Assembly: GCA_963730935.1 (NCBI GenBank) | Contig: CAVSTP010000004.1 | Location: forward strand, 256,001 to 320,000 | DNA: 64,000 nt | Source: an uncultured Nitrospiraceae bacterium | GTDB lineage: Bacteria; Nitrospirota; Nitrospiria; Nitrospirales; Nitrospiraceae | Reading direction: 5' to 3' | Shown here: one piece after another, positions 20,793-28,432 of the stretch | How positions within the stretch are numbered: position 1 is the first letter of the stretch | Layout of the letters: the number at the start of each line of letters is the position of its first letter | The notes under the pieces: model-generated | Database searches by the model: none | Seen by the model: only the letters and a program-made list of their open reading frames with translations | What the model was told of the DNA's origin: nothing | Translations under genes and position numbers: made by a program

Positions 20793-20860
20793 AACCGTGA
20801 CCAAAACCGTGACCACAGAAAAGCAGGAAGTTGGGGAGAAAGCTGAAGCTGTTGATTTAG
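20793..20860. other. Arm-type repeats and IHF-like site adjoining tRNA-Arg
   Basis: AACCGTGACCAA/AACCGTGACCAC at 20793-20816; AATCAACAGCTT on the minus strand resembles WATCAANNNNTTR. Confidence 0.75.
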
Positions 20861-20936
20861 TGGTGCGCCCGACAGGACTTGAACCTGTAACCCCCAGATC
20901 CGTAGTCTGGTGCTCTATCCATTGAGCTACGGGCGC
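20861..20936 (-). tRNA. tRNA-Arg(ACG)
   Basis: GCGCCCGTAGCTCAATGGATAGAGCACCAGACTACGGATCTGGGGGTTACAGGTTCAAGTCCTGTCGGGCGCACCA; full cloverleaf, ACG anticodon, encoded CCA. Confidence 0.98.
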
Positions 20937-20952
20937 GTCGAGAGATGCTTCC

Positions 20953-21045
20953 GAGTTATGAGTTGTGAGTTAACGGCTCGAGGGCGCTAAGGGGTAGGCG
21001 GGAAACCGCAGCGACCTGCTACTGACCTCAGCACTCATCACTCAG
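20953..21045. repeat. Inverted heptamer repeats
   Basis: GAGTTAT-GAGTTGT-GAGTT at 20953-20971 versus CTCAGCA-CTCATCA-CTCAG at 21027-21045. Confidence 0.55.
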
Positions 21046-21115
21046 TGATGCAGCAGCCAGCGGTTATACAGGGCGAGAGGTTGACTGGTCAAGGGTGAGC
21101 AGGTCGAACATCCTT

Positions 21116-22093
21116 CTAGAAGACTGTTTTGCTGACTTCTGAACTGTGGAGACTCTCGGTTCCTTCGGTATCAACCGCGGTGACCGAGAAGTAATATGTG
21201 CGCCCGCCTGTGAGATTACCGATGGTATATGTGGTGGCGTTCCCCACCGCGAGCGGTGTCCCATAGCCACCTGATTGTGTGCCCATGTAGACTTTGTATC
21301 CCGCGACATTGGTCTCCGAATTGGCATCCCAGCTGAGGGTCGCCGTACCAGTGCTGGTTGGCATTGCCAGGGTAAGGGTCACGGGGATCGCTTGAGGACT
21401 ATTGGAAGATCCTGACGCGCTGACGGTGATCACTGTGCTGTACGATCCCGCGGCCAGACCGGTGGTCGAGACGCTTGCGCTGATGCTATCGGTCTCGGTC
21501 GTCGTCGTGCCGCTCGAGATATTAAGGGCAAGCCACGCGGCCGGCTCGGTCATCGTCCACGTCAACGTCCCGCCGGTCGGATTCGACAGCGTAATTGGTT
21601 TCGCGAGCGGCGGCGGACCTCCAGCCACGCCTGAAAAGTTCAGACTCGTCGGATTGAGCAACATGCTCGGCGTGACAGCGGCAGTTCCGCCGGTGACCAC
21701 AAGCTTGACCGGCACGGCTGTAATTTGTGTTCTCTTCTTATCGTCAATGGCGATGCGGATTGTCCCATTATAGGTACCCGCGACCATCCCAGCTGCGTTG
21801 ACTTGGACAACAATCTGATCCTGCTCGCGTGCGATCGTTCCTGATGCAGGGCTGATCGTCATCCAGGCCGTGTCGCCCGACGAATTCCAGGCCCGTGGAA
21901 CCAGAGATTTGCTGCTGAACGTCACCGTTTGAGAGGCCGGTGTGGGACTCGTGCTTGATGCAGCATAGGAGAGCGCCGTCGGGGCGACCGGGAATGCGAG
22001 TCCTTCCGATGTCATTGCAAGCGCGCTCGAAGCAGCGAGGAACAATGCCGTTCGGAGAGTGGTGACAACCGCCGCAGCGTTGATGTGATGCAT
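21116..22093 (-). CDS. Secreted protein with two BACON-like Ig domains and a C-terminal fibronectin type III domain
   Basis: Signal peptide; repeated W[ML].....SG...V...G[ML].AG.Y; ATLSWDAN...GYKVY...YYFSVTAVD; CAGGAGG Shine-Dalgarno. Confidence 0.85.
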   Translation of the reverse strand: MHHINAAAVVTTLRTALFLAASSALAMTSEGLAFPVAPTALSYAASSTSPTPASQTVTFSSKSLVPRAWNSSGDTAWMTISPASGTIAREQDQIVVQVNAAGMVAGTYNGTIRIAIDDKKRTQITAVPVKLVVTGGTAAVTPSMLLNPTSLNFSGVAGGPPPLAKPITLSNPTGGTLTWTMTEPAAWLALNISSGTTTTETDSISASVSTTGLAAGSYSTVITVSASGSSNSPQAIPVTLTLAMPTSTGTATLSWDANSETNVAGYKVYMGTQSGGYGTPLAVGNATTYTIGNLTGGRTYYFSVTAVDTEGTESLHSSEVSKTVF

Positions 22094-22122
22094 CGCCCCC
22101 TCCTGTTGGTCGTGTGGAACGT

Positions 22123-22138
22123 AGCAACGCACATGCCA
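22123..22138 (-). promoter_or_regulatory. Sigma-54 (-24/-12) promoter
   Basis: TGGCATGTGCGTTGCT (GG-N10-GC), 30 bp upstream of ATG 22093. Confidence 0.7.
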
Positions 22139-22354
22139 GTCCGACCAAGGGACACCTTGTCCAGCGCCGCACGAAATTCTTTGAAATCATGACCAGCGTG
22201 AAGCGTCCGAAGGAAATCTCTGTAGGGACGACCAACCATTGTTGTGCAGCCTTGAGCATTCCGAGAGGGTTGTCATGCAAGAACAATAAAATAATGTTCA
22301 GATTCTCCAAACTCCAGTAGGATAGGCCTAGCGTTTTCAGGAACTCGGTCGGAC

Positions 22355-22621
22355 ATGCCAAACCTCCATATCGTTTCGGATACCGCTGTGCCTGCCGCCG
22401 GTCCAAGACCGGTCGTCTTTCCGCTCAAACTGGTCTTGCAATGGTGTATCGGCATCCTTGCAGCCTTCGCGCTGGGGAGCTGGCTTGTCTGGTGGGCCGC
22501 CCTGGTGCAGCGCGCCTTTTCGCTCGAGGACATCCGGTCGGCCTGTCAGCGCGTGATGCCGGAATCTGTGGACCGCTGCGTCGACACGGTTACGATCCAA
22601 CGAGGAGGCGCTCGACGATGA
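22355..22621 (+). CDS. Small membrane protein
   Basis: One TM segment and a Cys pair; ATGA overlap with the next gene. Confidence 0.65.
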   Translation: MPNLHIVSDTAVPAAGPRPVVFPLKLVLQWCIGILAAFALGSWLVWWAALVQRAFSLEDIRSACQRVMPESVDRCVDTVTIQRGGARR

Positions 22622-23622
22622 AACTGTGGATCGCTGTCGTCGCACTGCTCATGCTGGCAGGCGTCGAAAGCCAGGCGGTGTTGGCCCAAGACACGGAGGA
22701 ACGGCGGCCGAGATTCGAGCTGGGTCTCGGGGCCTGGATCAGTACCGGAGAAACCAAGTGGGCGCACAACGCGTCGTCAATTCCGGGACTTGGCAATCCG
22801 ACCTCGAAACTGACGTACGAAGACTCCGGGACCAACGTCTTCGAACTCACCGCGAAGCTATGGATCACTCCCAAGTGGTTCGGGCGACTGACCGGCGGAT
22901 ACGCCGGAATCGGCGGCGGACGTTTGACCGACGACGATTACCTGGCTGTCGACGGTGGAGCGCCGTCATCGCAAACGATCAGCGATATCTCCGGCGACAG
23001 CATGTGGTATCTCAATGCGGAGGTCGGCAGGCGGATTGTGGAGTTCCCTCACTCTCGAGGCTACTTGGACGTCTTCGGCGGCTACCAGTACTGGTACCAG
23101 CGCTATACGGCCAATGGACTAGGGCAGGTGTCTTGCTCGACGGCCGGGCAAACCGTGGATCTGGATCCCAGCTCGCCCGGCAATCAGCCTTTGTGCAATC
23201 CGAACAGCTCAGTCAGCAGCACCATTCCCGTCATCACCAATACGACGCAATGGCACTCGATCCGGGTTGGAGGAACGATCGAATACCGGTTCACGCGCCG
23301 GTTGAGCCTGCAAAGCACCGTGGCATTGATTCCACTCAGCATCGTGGACAACAAGGATGTCCATCATCTGCGCCCCGACTTGGGTCAAAACCCAAGTCTT
23401 TCGATGTTGGGCTATGGCATCGGTGCCGATGCGGACATCGGTGCGCGCTTCATGATCATTAAAAATCTCTTTGCGAGCGTCGGCTATCGTATCTGGTGGA
23501 ACCAGATGCTTGATGGCAACGTGACCTTTTACAACTCGAACGGCTCCTCGGATCAATTTCCGCTCACGGAGTTCCAGACGTTCCGTCACGGCCTCACGTT
23601 TGGCTTGAACTATTCTTTCTAG
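22618..23622 (+). CDS. Outer-membrane beta-barrel, omptin-like
   Basis: Signal peptide, amphipathic strands, SKLTYE, G.LTDDDY, D.HHLR, terminal aromatic YSF. Confidence 0.75.
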   Translation: MKLWIAVVALLMLAGVESQAVLAQDTEERRPRFELGLGAWISTGETKWAHNASSIPGLGNPTSKLTYEDSGTNVFELTAKLWITPKWFGRLTGGYAGIGGGRLTDDDYLAVDGGAPSSQTISDISGDSMWYLNAEVGRRIVEFPHSRGYLDVFGGYQYWYQRYTANGLGQVSCSTAGQTVDLDPSSPGNQPLCNPNSSVSSTIPVITNTTQWHSIRVGGTIEYRFTRRLSLQSTVALIPLSIVDNKDVHHLRPDLGQNPSLSMLGYGIGADADIGARFMIIKNLFASVGYRIWWNQMLDGNVTFYNSNGSSDQFPLTEFQTFRHGLTFGLNYSF

Positions 23623-23653
23623 GGTACTGTTTATGAGCGGGCAGACTGCGTTT

Positions 23654-24712
23654 TCAACGGCGGCGGCCGGAAGGCATGGTTTCGTCCTCGTAGCGGGTGA
23701 ACAGACGTCTGGCTTCGGGATGCAAGTAGTTTGGGTGGCCGTGGGGAATGCCGATTGTTCGGAAAAGCGGTGTCAGCTTGCCGTCCGGATGAAGGTAGCC
23801 GGCCCGTAAAGGTACCGTCCGCTTGCTGTGTTTGATTAGGTAGCAGGGGGTAGTTCGGATGGATGTCAGCCAGTCGGCGATATCGTGCGGATTACCGATC
23901 GAGGCGGAGAGGAGCAAGAGCCTCGCTTGAGACGGGCAGAAAATAATGGTTTCTTCCCAGACGACTCCACGCTCCGGGTCCGCGAGGTACTGGGATTCGT
24001 CCATGATCACGAGCCCTAAGGTGTCGAGCCGCAAATCGATTTCTCCACCGGCTGCGTCGTAGAGCAGATTGCGCAGGATCTCGGTGGTCATGATCAATAG
24101 CGGCGCCTGTGCGTTGTCGCGCCGGTCGCCCGTCAGAATCCCGACCCGTTCTGCGCCGAAGATGCGAGAAAATTCCGTGTATTTCGTGTTCGACAGCGCC
24201 TTGAGCGGCGAGGTATAGATCACTGTGCGGTTTTCCTCCATGGCGCGCCGCGCCGCCTCCACGGCGACGTAGGTTTTTCCGCTTCCCGTCGGCACGCTCA
24301 CGATCACGTCGCCCTGTTGCAACTTTGCCAGCGCCTCTTCCTGCCAGGGGTCGGGAACGAACGGCTGCGGTGGAGGCACGCCGATCCCTTCCAACCAGGC
24401 GCCCAGTGCAATGGGAGGTTCATGGTGTTCCGGCTCGTGATGGGTGGGATGAGAGCGACCGCCCGCCGCTGCTCTCGGCCGCTCAACGGCGGGGCGTACG
24501 GCGGGTCTAACTGGCTGGGACCTCCGGTCGGCGATCAACGCCAGTAAATCCGACTCGAACCCTTGGCGGTTTTCTGCCGAATGTCGCAGCAATAGCTCGA
24601 TCAGCCGGCGCTTCCCAGCACGAAAATGCCGATGCACCCGGCCGCTTGCGAGCCGATGGAGAAGATCAACCGGTTGTTCGGCGAGAATCCGTTCGAGTTC
24701 TTCAGTGGTCAC
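23654..24712 (-). CDS. Ski2/HelY-like DExH helicase, N-terminal half (RecA1 domain)
   Basis: Q motif PDPWQ, Walker A PTGSGKT, SPLKALSNTK, GILTGD, MTTEILRN, DESQ, LLSAS, R.VPL. Confidence 0.92.
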   Translation of the reverse strand: MTTEELERILAEQPVDLLHRLASGRVHRHFRAGKRRLIELLLRHSAENRQGFESDLLALIADRRSQPVRPAVRPAVERPRAAAGGRSHPTHHEPEHHEPPIALGAWLEGIGVPPPQPFVPDPWQEEALAKLQQGDVIVSVPTGSGKTYVAVEAARRAMEENRTVIYTSPLKALSNTKYTEFSRIFGAERVGILTGDRRDNAQAPLLIMTTEILRNLLYDAAGGEIDLRLDTLGLVIMDESQYLADPERGVVWEETIIFCPSQARLLLLSASIGNPHDIADWLTSIRTTPCYLIKHSKRTVPLRAGYLHPDGKLTPLFRTIGIPHGHPNYLHPEARRLFTRYEDETMPSGRRR

Positions 24713-24730
24713 GAGTGCGCTCGATCCTTG

Positions 24731-26587
24731 TCATGGAAGCTCTTCCAACACGCCCCGACGCAGTGTCGCAATCGCCTGGGAGGCGCTCTCCGCCAGCGAC
24801 GGGTGCGTGTCCCTCAACCCATGCAGCTGCGAGAGAAATTCCAGGGTCCGCGCGAGTAGCCGATAGATGTCACCTTCCGCCATCGTGGTTTTCTTGCACA
24901 GTCCGATCCACGTAAGCGTAGGATCGCCAATCCACTGTTCGGTGATCGCGGCGATATCGGCCCGGAGAAGCGGAGGATCTTCGAATGGCGAGAGCGATTC
25001 AGCCAATTTTCGCACCTGCGCCAGCAGAGAGGCCAGGCCCGGGCTGATGCGGGGGAATGCGCCCGGACGGTCATCGTCGTGCGCAATACTCGACATGACA
25101 GCTGCCAATAATGCCGGCGAGGCGCCCGAGAAGGCTTCCGCACGGACGAGCTCCGTGATCAAGAGCGAATGGTCGATGCGGATGAGCCTGGCCCATTCAC
25201 CGGTTTCCGTCAGTTGCACGGTGGGCGAGAGGTAGCCGAAGCGCTGCAGGGCATCGATCTTTTCCTGAAAGCGGTGCCACAGACTGGTTCGGAGCGCCTG
25301 AATCGCTTTCATATGACGCTGTTGTTCCTGACGGAGCTTTGAGGCATGTGCGTGATCTTTCTGACAGGCGGACCGTGACGGACAGGTGGGGCAGGAAAAA
25401 TCACCTAACGTCTGCACGATAGCGTCGGGAATCAACTCCTCTTTGGGAACCAGGATCGGCAGGACGGGCAGGCGAGGGGGCAATTCTTCCAATGCTCGGA
25501 TGAGCTGTTCGATGCTTTCCGGCGTGCACCAGGGATAGACCGGCGCTTCCACGCAGTCCAGCACATGGTCGAACACTTCGGTGACGATCGCCGCCGGACA
25601 TTCCGTGATCGCGCCTCCCGGTCGCAGCAACGTCACCATTGGACTTTTCTGTCCCTTGCTCCGGTATTGTCTTAATACGACACCGCGGCTTTTTGAGAGG
25701 CCAGCCACGCGTCCGGCTGTGAGGAAATGAAACCGCGCCGCTACCTCAGGCGGCTCATGTCTTCTGACCGGTGTCCGGTGCGACCGTTGACGGCGGACGT
25801 GGTCGAACAGCTGCCATTGGGAAATCCAGTCGGTGCAGACACGGGGGCCGTAGGGCTCGAGCTGCCGGTGAATGTCGTCGAGTTTTCGTTCGAGCACCTC
25901 GGCACGCTGATTCAGTTGGAATTGGGCAAAACTCTTTGCGAGGATCGGTTGCATCTGATCGAGTGGATGGGCCTTGAGCAGATTCAACACCATCGGATAG
26001 CTGATCACGAACTGGCTGTTGATCGCTTCCGGCTGCCCCGTCAGGCCCTTGGTGATGACGCCAAGATCGATATAGGGCGAGGGTGTGACGATCGCAAACC
26101 CCACGAGATCTTTCCCGCGACGACCCGCGCGGCCGGCGACCTGCTGTACTTCGCCGATCGTGAGGTCCGTAAAATCGCGCGCTTTGCGGATACTGGATTG
26201 GGTAATGACCACTGTCCGCGCGGGAAAATCGACGCCCGCCGCCAAGGTTGTCGTGGCAAACACCGCGTCGAGACAGCCGTTGCGCATCAACTCCTCGACG
26301 GCGATTTTCCAGGAAGGCAGATGGCCAGCATGATGCGCTGCGACACCGATGCGCTGGACCGTCGGAATCAGCGGATGCTCGGCGATGCTCGGATATTGGT
26401 CGATGACCTGCTTGAGGACATTGCCGATTGCCTCCTGGCGGGCCGGAGGCAGGAACGAGCGCGTATGATCGAAGGACTCCATCGCTTCATCGCAGGCGCG
26501 TCTCGACGTCAGGAACACGATGGCCGGGGTGAGGTGTTTCTGTCGAAGGGCTTCGATCAGGTCAACCGGATGTATCGAGGGAGGCAT
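24731..26587 (-). CDS. Ski2/HelY-like helicase, C-terminal half (RecA2, winged helix, insertion, DSHCT)
   Basis: PAIVFLTSRRACD, GVAAHHAGHLP, FATTTLAAGVDFPARTVV, QVAGRAGRRGKD, SQF, EGDIYR. Confidence 0.92.
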   Translation of the reverse strand: MPPSIHPVDLIEALRQKHLTPAIVFLTSRRACDEAMESFDHTRSFLPPARQEAIGNVLKQVIDQYPSIAEHPLIPTVQRIGVAAHHAGHLPSWKIAVEELMRNGCLDAVFATTTLAAGVDFPARTVVITQSSIRKARDFTDLTIGEVQQVAGRAGRRGKDLVGFAIVTPSPYIDLGVITKGLTGQPEAINSQFVISYPMVLNLLKAHPLDQMQPILAKSFAQFQLNQRAEVLERKLDDIHRQLEPYGPRVCTDWISQWQLFDHVRRQRSHRTPVRRHEPPEVAARFHFLTAGRVAGLSKSRGVVLRQYRSKGQKSPMVTLLRPGGAITECPAAIVTEVFDHVLDCVEAPVYPWCTPESIEQLIRALEELPPRLPVLPILVPKEELIPDAIVQTLGDFSCPTCPSRSACQKDHAHASKLRQEQQRHMKAIQALRTSLWHRFQEKIDALQRFGYLSPTVQLTETGEWARLIRIDHSLLITELVRAEAFSGASPALLAAVMSSIAHDDDRPGAFPRISPGLASLLAQVRKLAESLSPFEDPPLLRADIAAITEQWIGDPTLTWIGLCKKTTMAEGDIYRLLARTLEFLSQLHGLRDTHPSLAESASQAIATLRRGVLEELP

Positions 26588-27800
26588 TCAGCTTCATACC
26601 CTTCGAAATGACGACAAGACCGGATTCTGTGACTTTGAAGCGTTGTGCATCGGCGGCGAGGTCGTATCCAATCTCGGTCTTGGGCGGGATACTCACGTCC
26701 TTGTCGATGATGGCGCGCCTGATGCGGCACTGTTCGCCGATCACCACATTTTCCATGATCACCGACTCCCGGACATCCGCGTGGTCTTGAACTCGAACGT
26801 TGGGGGAGAGGACTGAGGTCTGGACTCGGCCGCCGGCGATGATGCACCCGCCGCACACAATAGAGTCCAAGGCGACGCCCATGCGGCCGCCCTGGTAATC
26901 CTGCGCGAACACGAACTTGGCGGGCGGGAATTGGCCTTGATACGTGCGGATGGGCCACTGCTGGTCGTACAGATTGAACAGCGGATCGACGGCGACCAAA
27001 TCGAGGTTGGCTTCCCAGTAGGCGTCCAGCGTCCCGATATCGCGCCAGTACTTGACAGCCTTCTTATTGGCGTCCTGGAAATTGTACGCATAGACCCGGC
27101 GAGAGCCGATCATGCGCGGAATGATGTTCCGGCCGAAATCGTGCGGCGTGTTCTCCTGGGCATCGGCGATCAACTCCTCCCGCAAGCTTTTCGCGCGGAA
27201 GAGGTAGATGCCCATGGAGGCAAAGGCTTTGGAGGGATCGCCGGGAATGTGCGTCGCGTTCGAGGGTTTTTCATTGAATTCCTGGACAGCGAAATCCTCG
27301 TCGACGCTCATGATGCCGAACCGCTTGGATTCCTCGATCGGGATGTCCAAGGCGCCGACGACCACGTCCGCGCTCTTGGCGATGAGCCAATGGAACATTT
27401 CCATGTAGTTCATCTTATAGATGTGATCTCCGGCGAGCACGAGCACGTATTCCGGCTGATCGGTGTCGAGCAAGAACAGGTTCTGGTACACGGCATCAGC
27501 AGTGCCGCGATACCATTCTTCGCTGATCCGCTGTTGCGGAGGAATCGACGCGATGTATTCACCCAGCTCGGCGTTATACACATCCCAGCCGGTGCGGATG
27601 TGGCGGTCGAGGGAGTGCGACTTGTACTGAATCAAGACGGCGACTTTCCGCAGTCCGGAGTTCAGGCAGTTGCTGAGTGTGAAGTCGATGATGCGGTATT
27701 TCCCCCCGAACGGGACGGCGGGCTTCGCCCGGTGTTCGGTGAGCGGATGCAGCCGTTCGCCGCGGCCTCCGGCCAGCACCATCGTAAAGATATTCTGCAT
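26562..27800 (-). CDS. glgC: Glucose-1-phosphate adenylyltransferase
   Basis: LAGGRGERL.PLT..RAKPAVPFGGKYRIIDF, WYRGTADAV, GDHIYKM, YWRDIGT. Confidence 0.97.
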   Translation of the reverse strand: MQNIFTMVLAGGRGERLHPLTEHRAKPAVPFGGKYRIIDFTLSNCLNSGLRKVAVLIQYKSHSLDRHIRTGWDVYNAELGEYIASIPPQQRISEEWYRGTADAVYQNLFLLDTDQPEYVLVLAGDHIYKMNYMEMFHWLIAKSADVVVGALDIPIEESKRFGIMSVDEDFAVQEFNEKPSNATHIPGDPSKAFASMGIYLFRAKSLREELIADAQENTPHDFGRNIIPRMIGSRRVYAYNFQDANKKAVKYWRDIGTLDAYWEANLDLVAVDPLFNLYDQQWPIRTYQGQFPPAKFVFAQDYQGGRMGVALDSIVCGGCIIAGGRVQTSVLSPNVRVQDHADVRESVIMENVVIGEQCRIRRAIIDKDVSIPPKTEIGYDLAADAQRFKVTESGLVVISKGMKLNASLDTSG

Positions 27801-27850
27801 GGCCGCGATTGTAGCAGGAACCCTGAGCAAATAGAAAGAAAGCGAATCCG

Positions 27851-27879
27851 TTGACATCCGCCGTGGGCCAGTTGATACT
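27851..27879 (+). promoter_or_regulatory. Sigma-70-type promoter
   Basis: TTGACA-17 bp-GATACT upstream of 27931. Confidence 0.6.
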
Positions 27880-27930
27880 ACGAACCACGACGGTGATTGT
27901 TCATTGGAGCGGTGGGCTGAAGGGGTGGAT

Positions 27931-28230
27931 ATGAAAGAGGATGTCCTGGTGTCGTCCCTGGCGAAAAAAGTCGTCGCAGCTTCCAAGAAAAAGTCGGTGT
28001 CTGAAGAGGACCAGGAAGGCCTCCGCTGGCGTCTCGAACATCTTGAGTCGCAAATGCAGAAACTCTCCGAACTGGTTCGGGACCATGCGGAAGATGTCGA
28101 CCGCTTGGTCCGGATCGTCGCCGAGGACCGCAACGCGATCCGCCAGCAACTGTTGCGGAAGCATCATGAGCAGGTGCGGGTGCGCAAGCACTTGCGTGCG
28201 TCCAACTCCAAACCCGGTGTAGATCTGTAG
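27931..28230 (+). CDS. Small coiled-coil hypothetical protein
   Basis: Heptad pattern LRWRLEHLESQMQKLSELV; promoter upstream. Confidence 0.65.
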   Translation: MKEDVLVSSLAKKVVAASKKKSVSEEDQEGLRWRLEHLESQMQKLSELVRDHAEDVDRLVRIVAEDRNAIRQQLLRKHHEQVRVRKHLRASNSKPGVDL

Positions 28231-28335
28231 TTGCCGGGCCGCTCTTCGCCTACACCCCCTCCGGTAAAAACTTTCACGATGTGCCGACTGCTGGACTACC
28301 TTCAGTAACTAAGTGCTGATTTATCCTCAGATTAT

Positions 28336-28363
28336 TTGCATCGTCTGTCGGACATTGTATAAT
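28336..28363 (+). promoter_or_regulatory. Sigma-70-type promoter of the RND operon
   Basis: TTGCAT-16 bp-TATAAT. Confidence 0.55.
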
Positions 28364-28432
28364 GCAGCTGATTCTATGAGGTGGGTTCCATGATCGCCTC
28401 GACGCGCATTAGTCGTCTGCGAGGAACCATAC

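Larger units (their letters stand above)
6326..20907. mobile_element. Genomic island or tandem island remnant integrated at tRNA-Arg(ACG), about 14.6 kb, no integrase gene
   Basis: Bounded by a 47-bp tRNA 3' direct repeat; arm-type repeats, pseudogenes and visibly more AT-rich segments. Confidence 0.75.

Noticed and set aside
23654..26587. Split intein or frameshift explanation for the two helicase halves
   Set aside because: No intein-like segments or terminal motifs, and the halves are in reverse order, so readthrough or frameshifting cannot rebuild the normal protein.
24390..26587. Short shared peptides (PVDL, HEPP) in the two helicase halves as a duplication scar
   Set aside because: Four-residue matches without extended alignment; likely chance.
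27801..28133. N-terminal extension of GlgC in the ORF track (similar cases: 11944-12069, 38714-38794, 58050-58199)
   Set aside because: Overlaps neighbouring genes or promoters; family homology begins at the downstream start.
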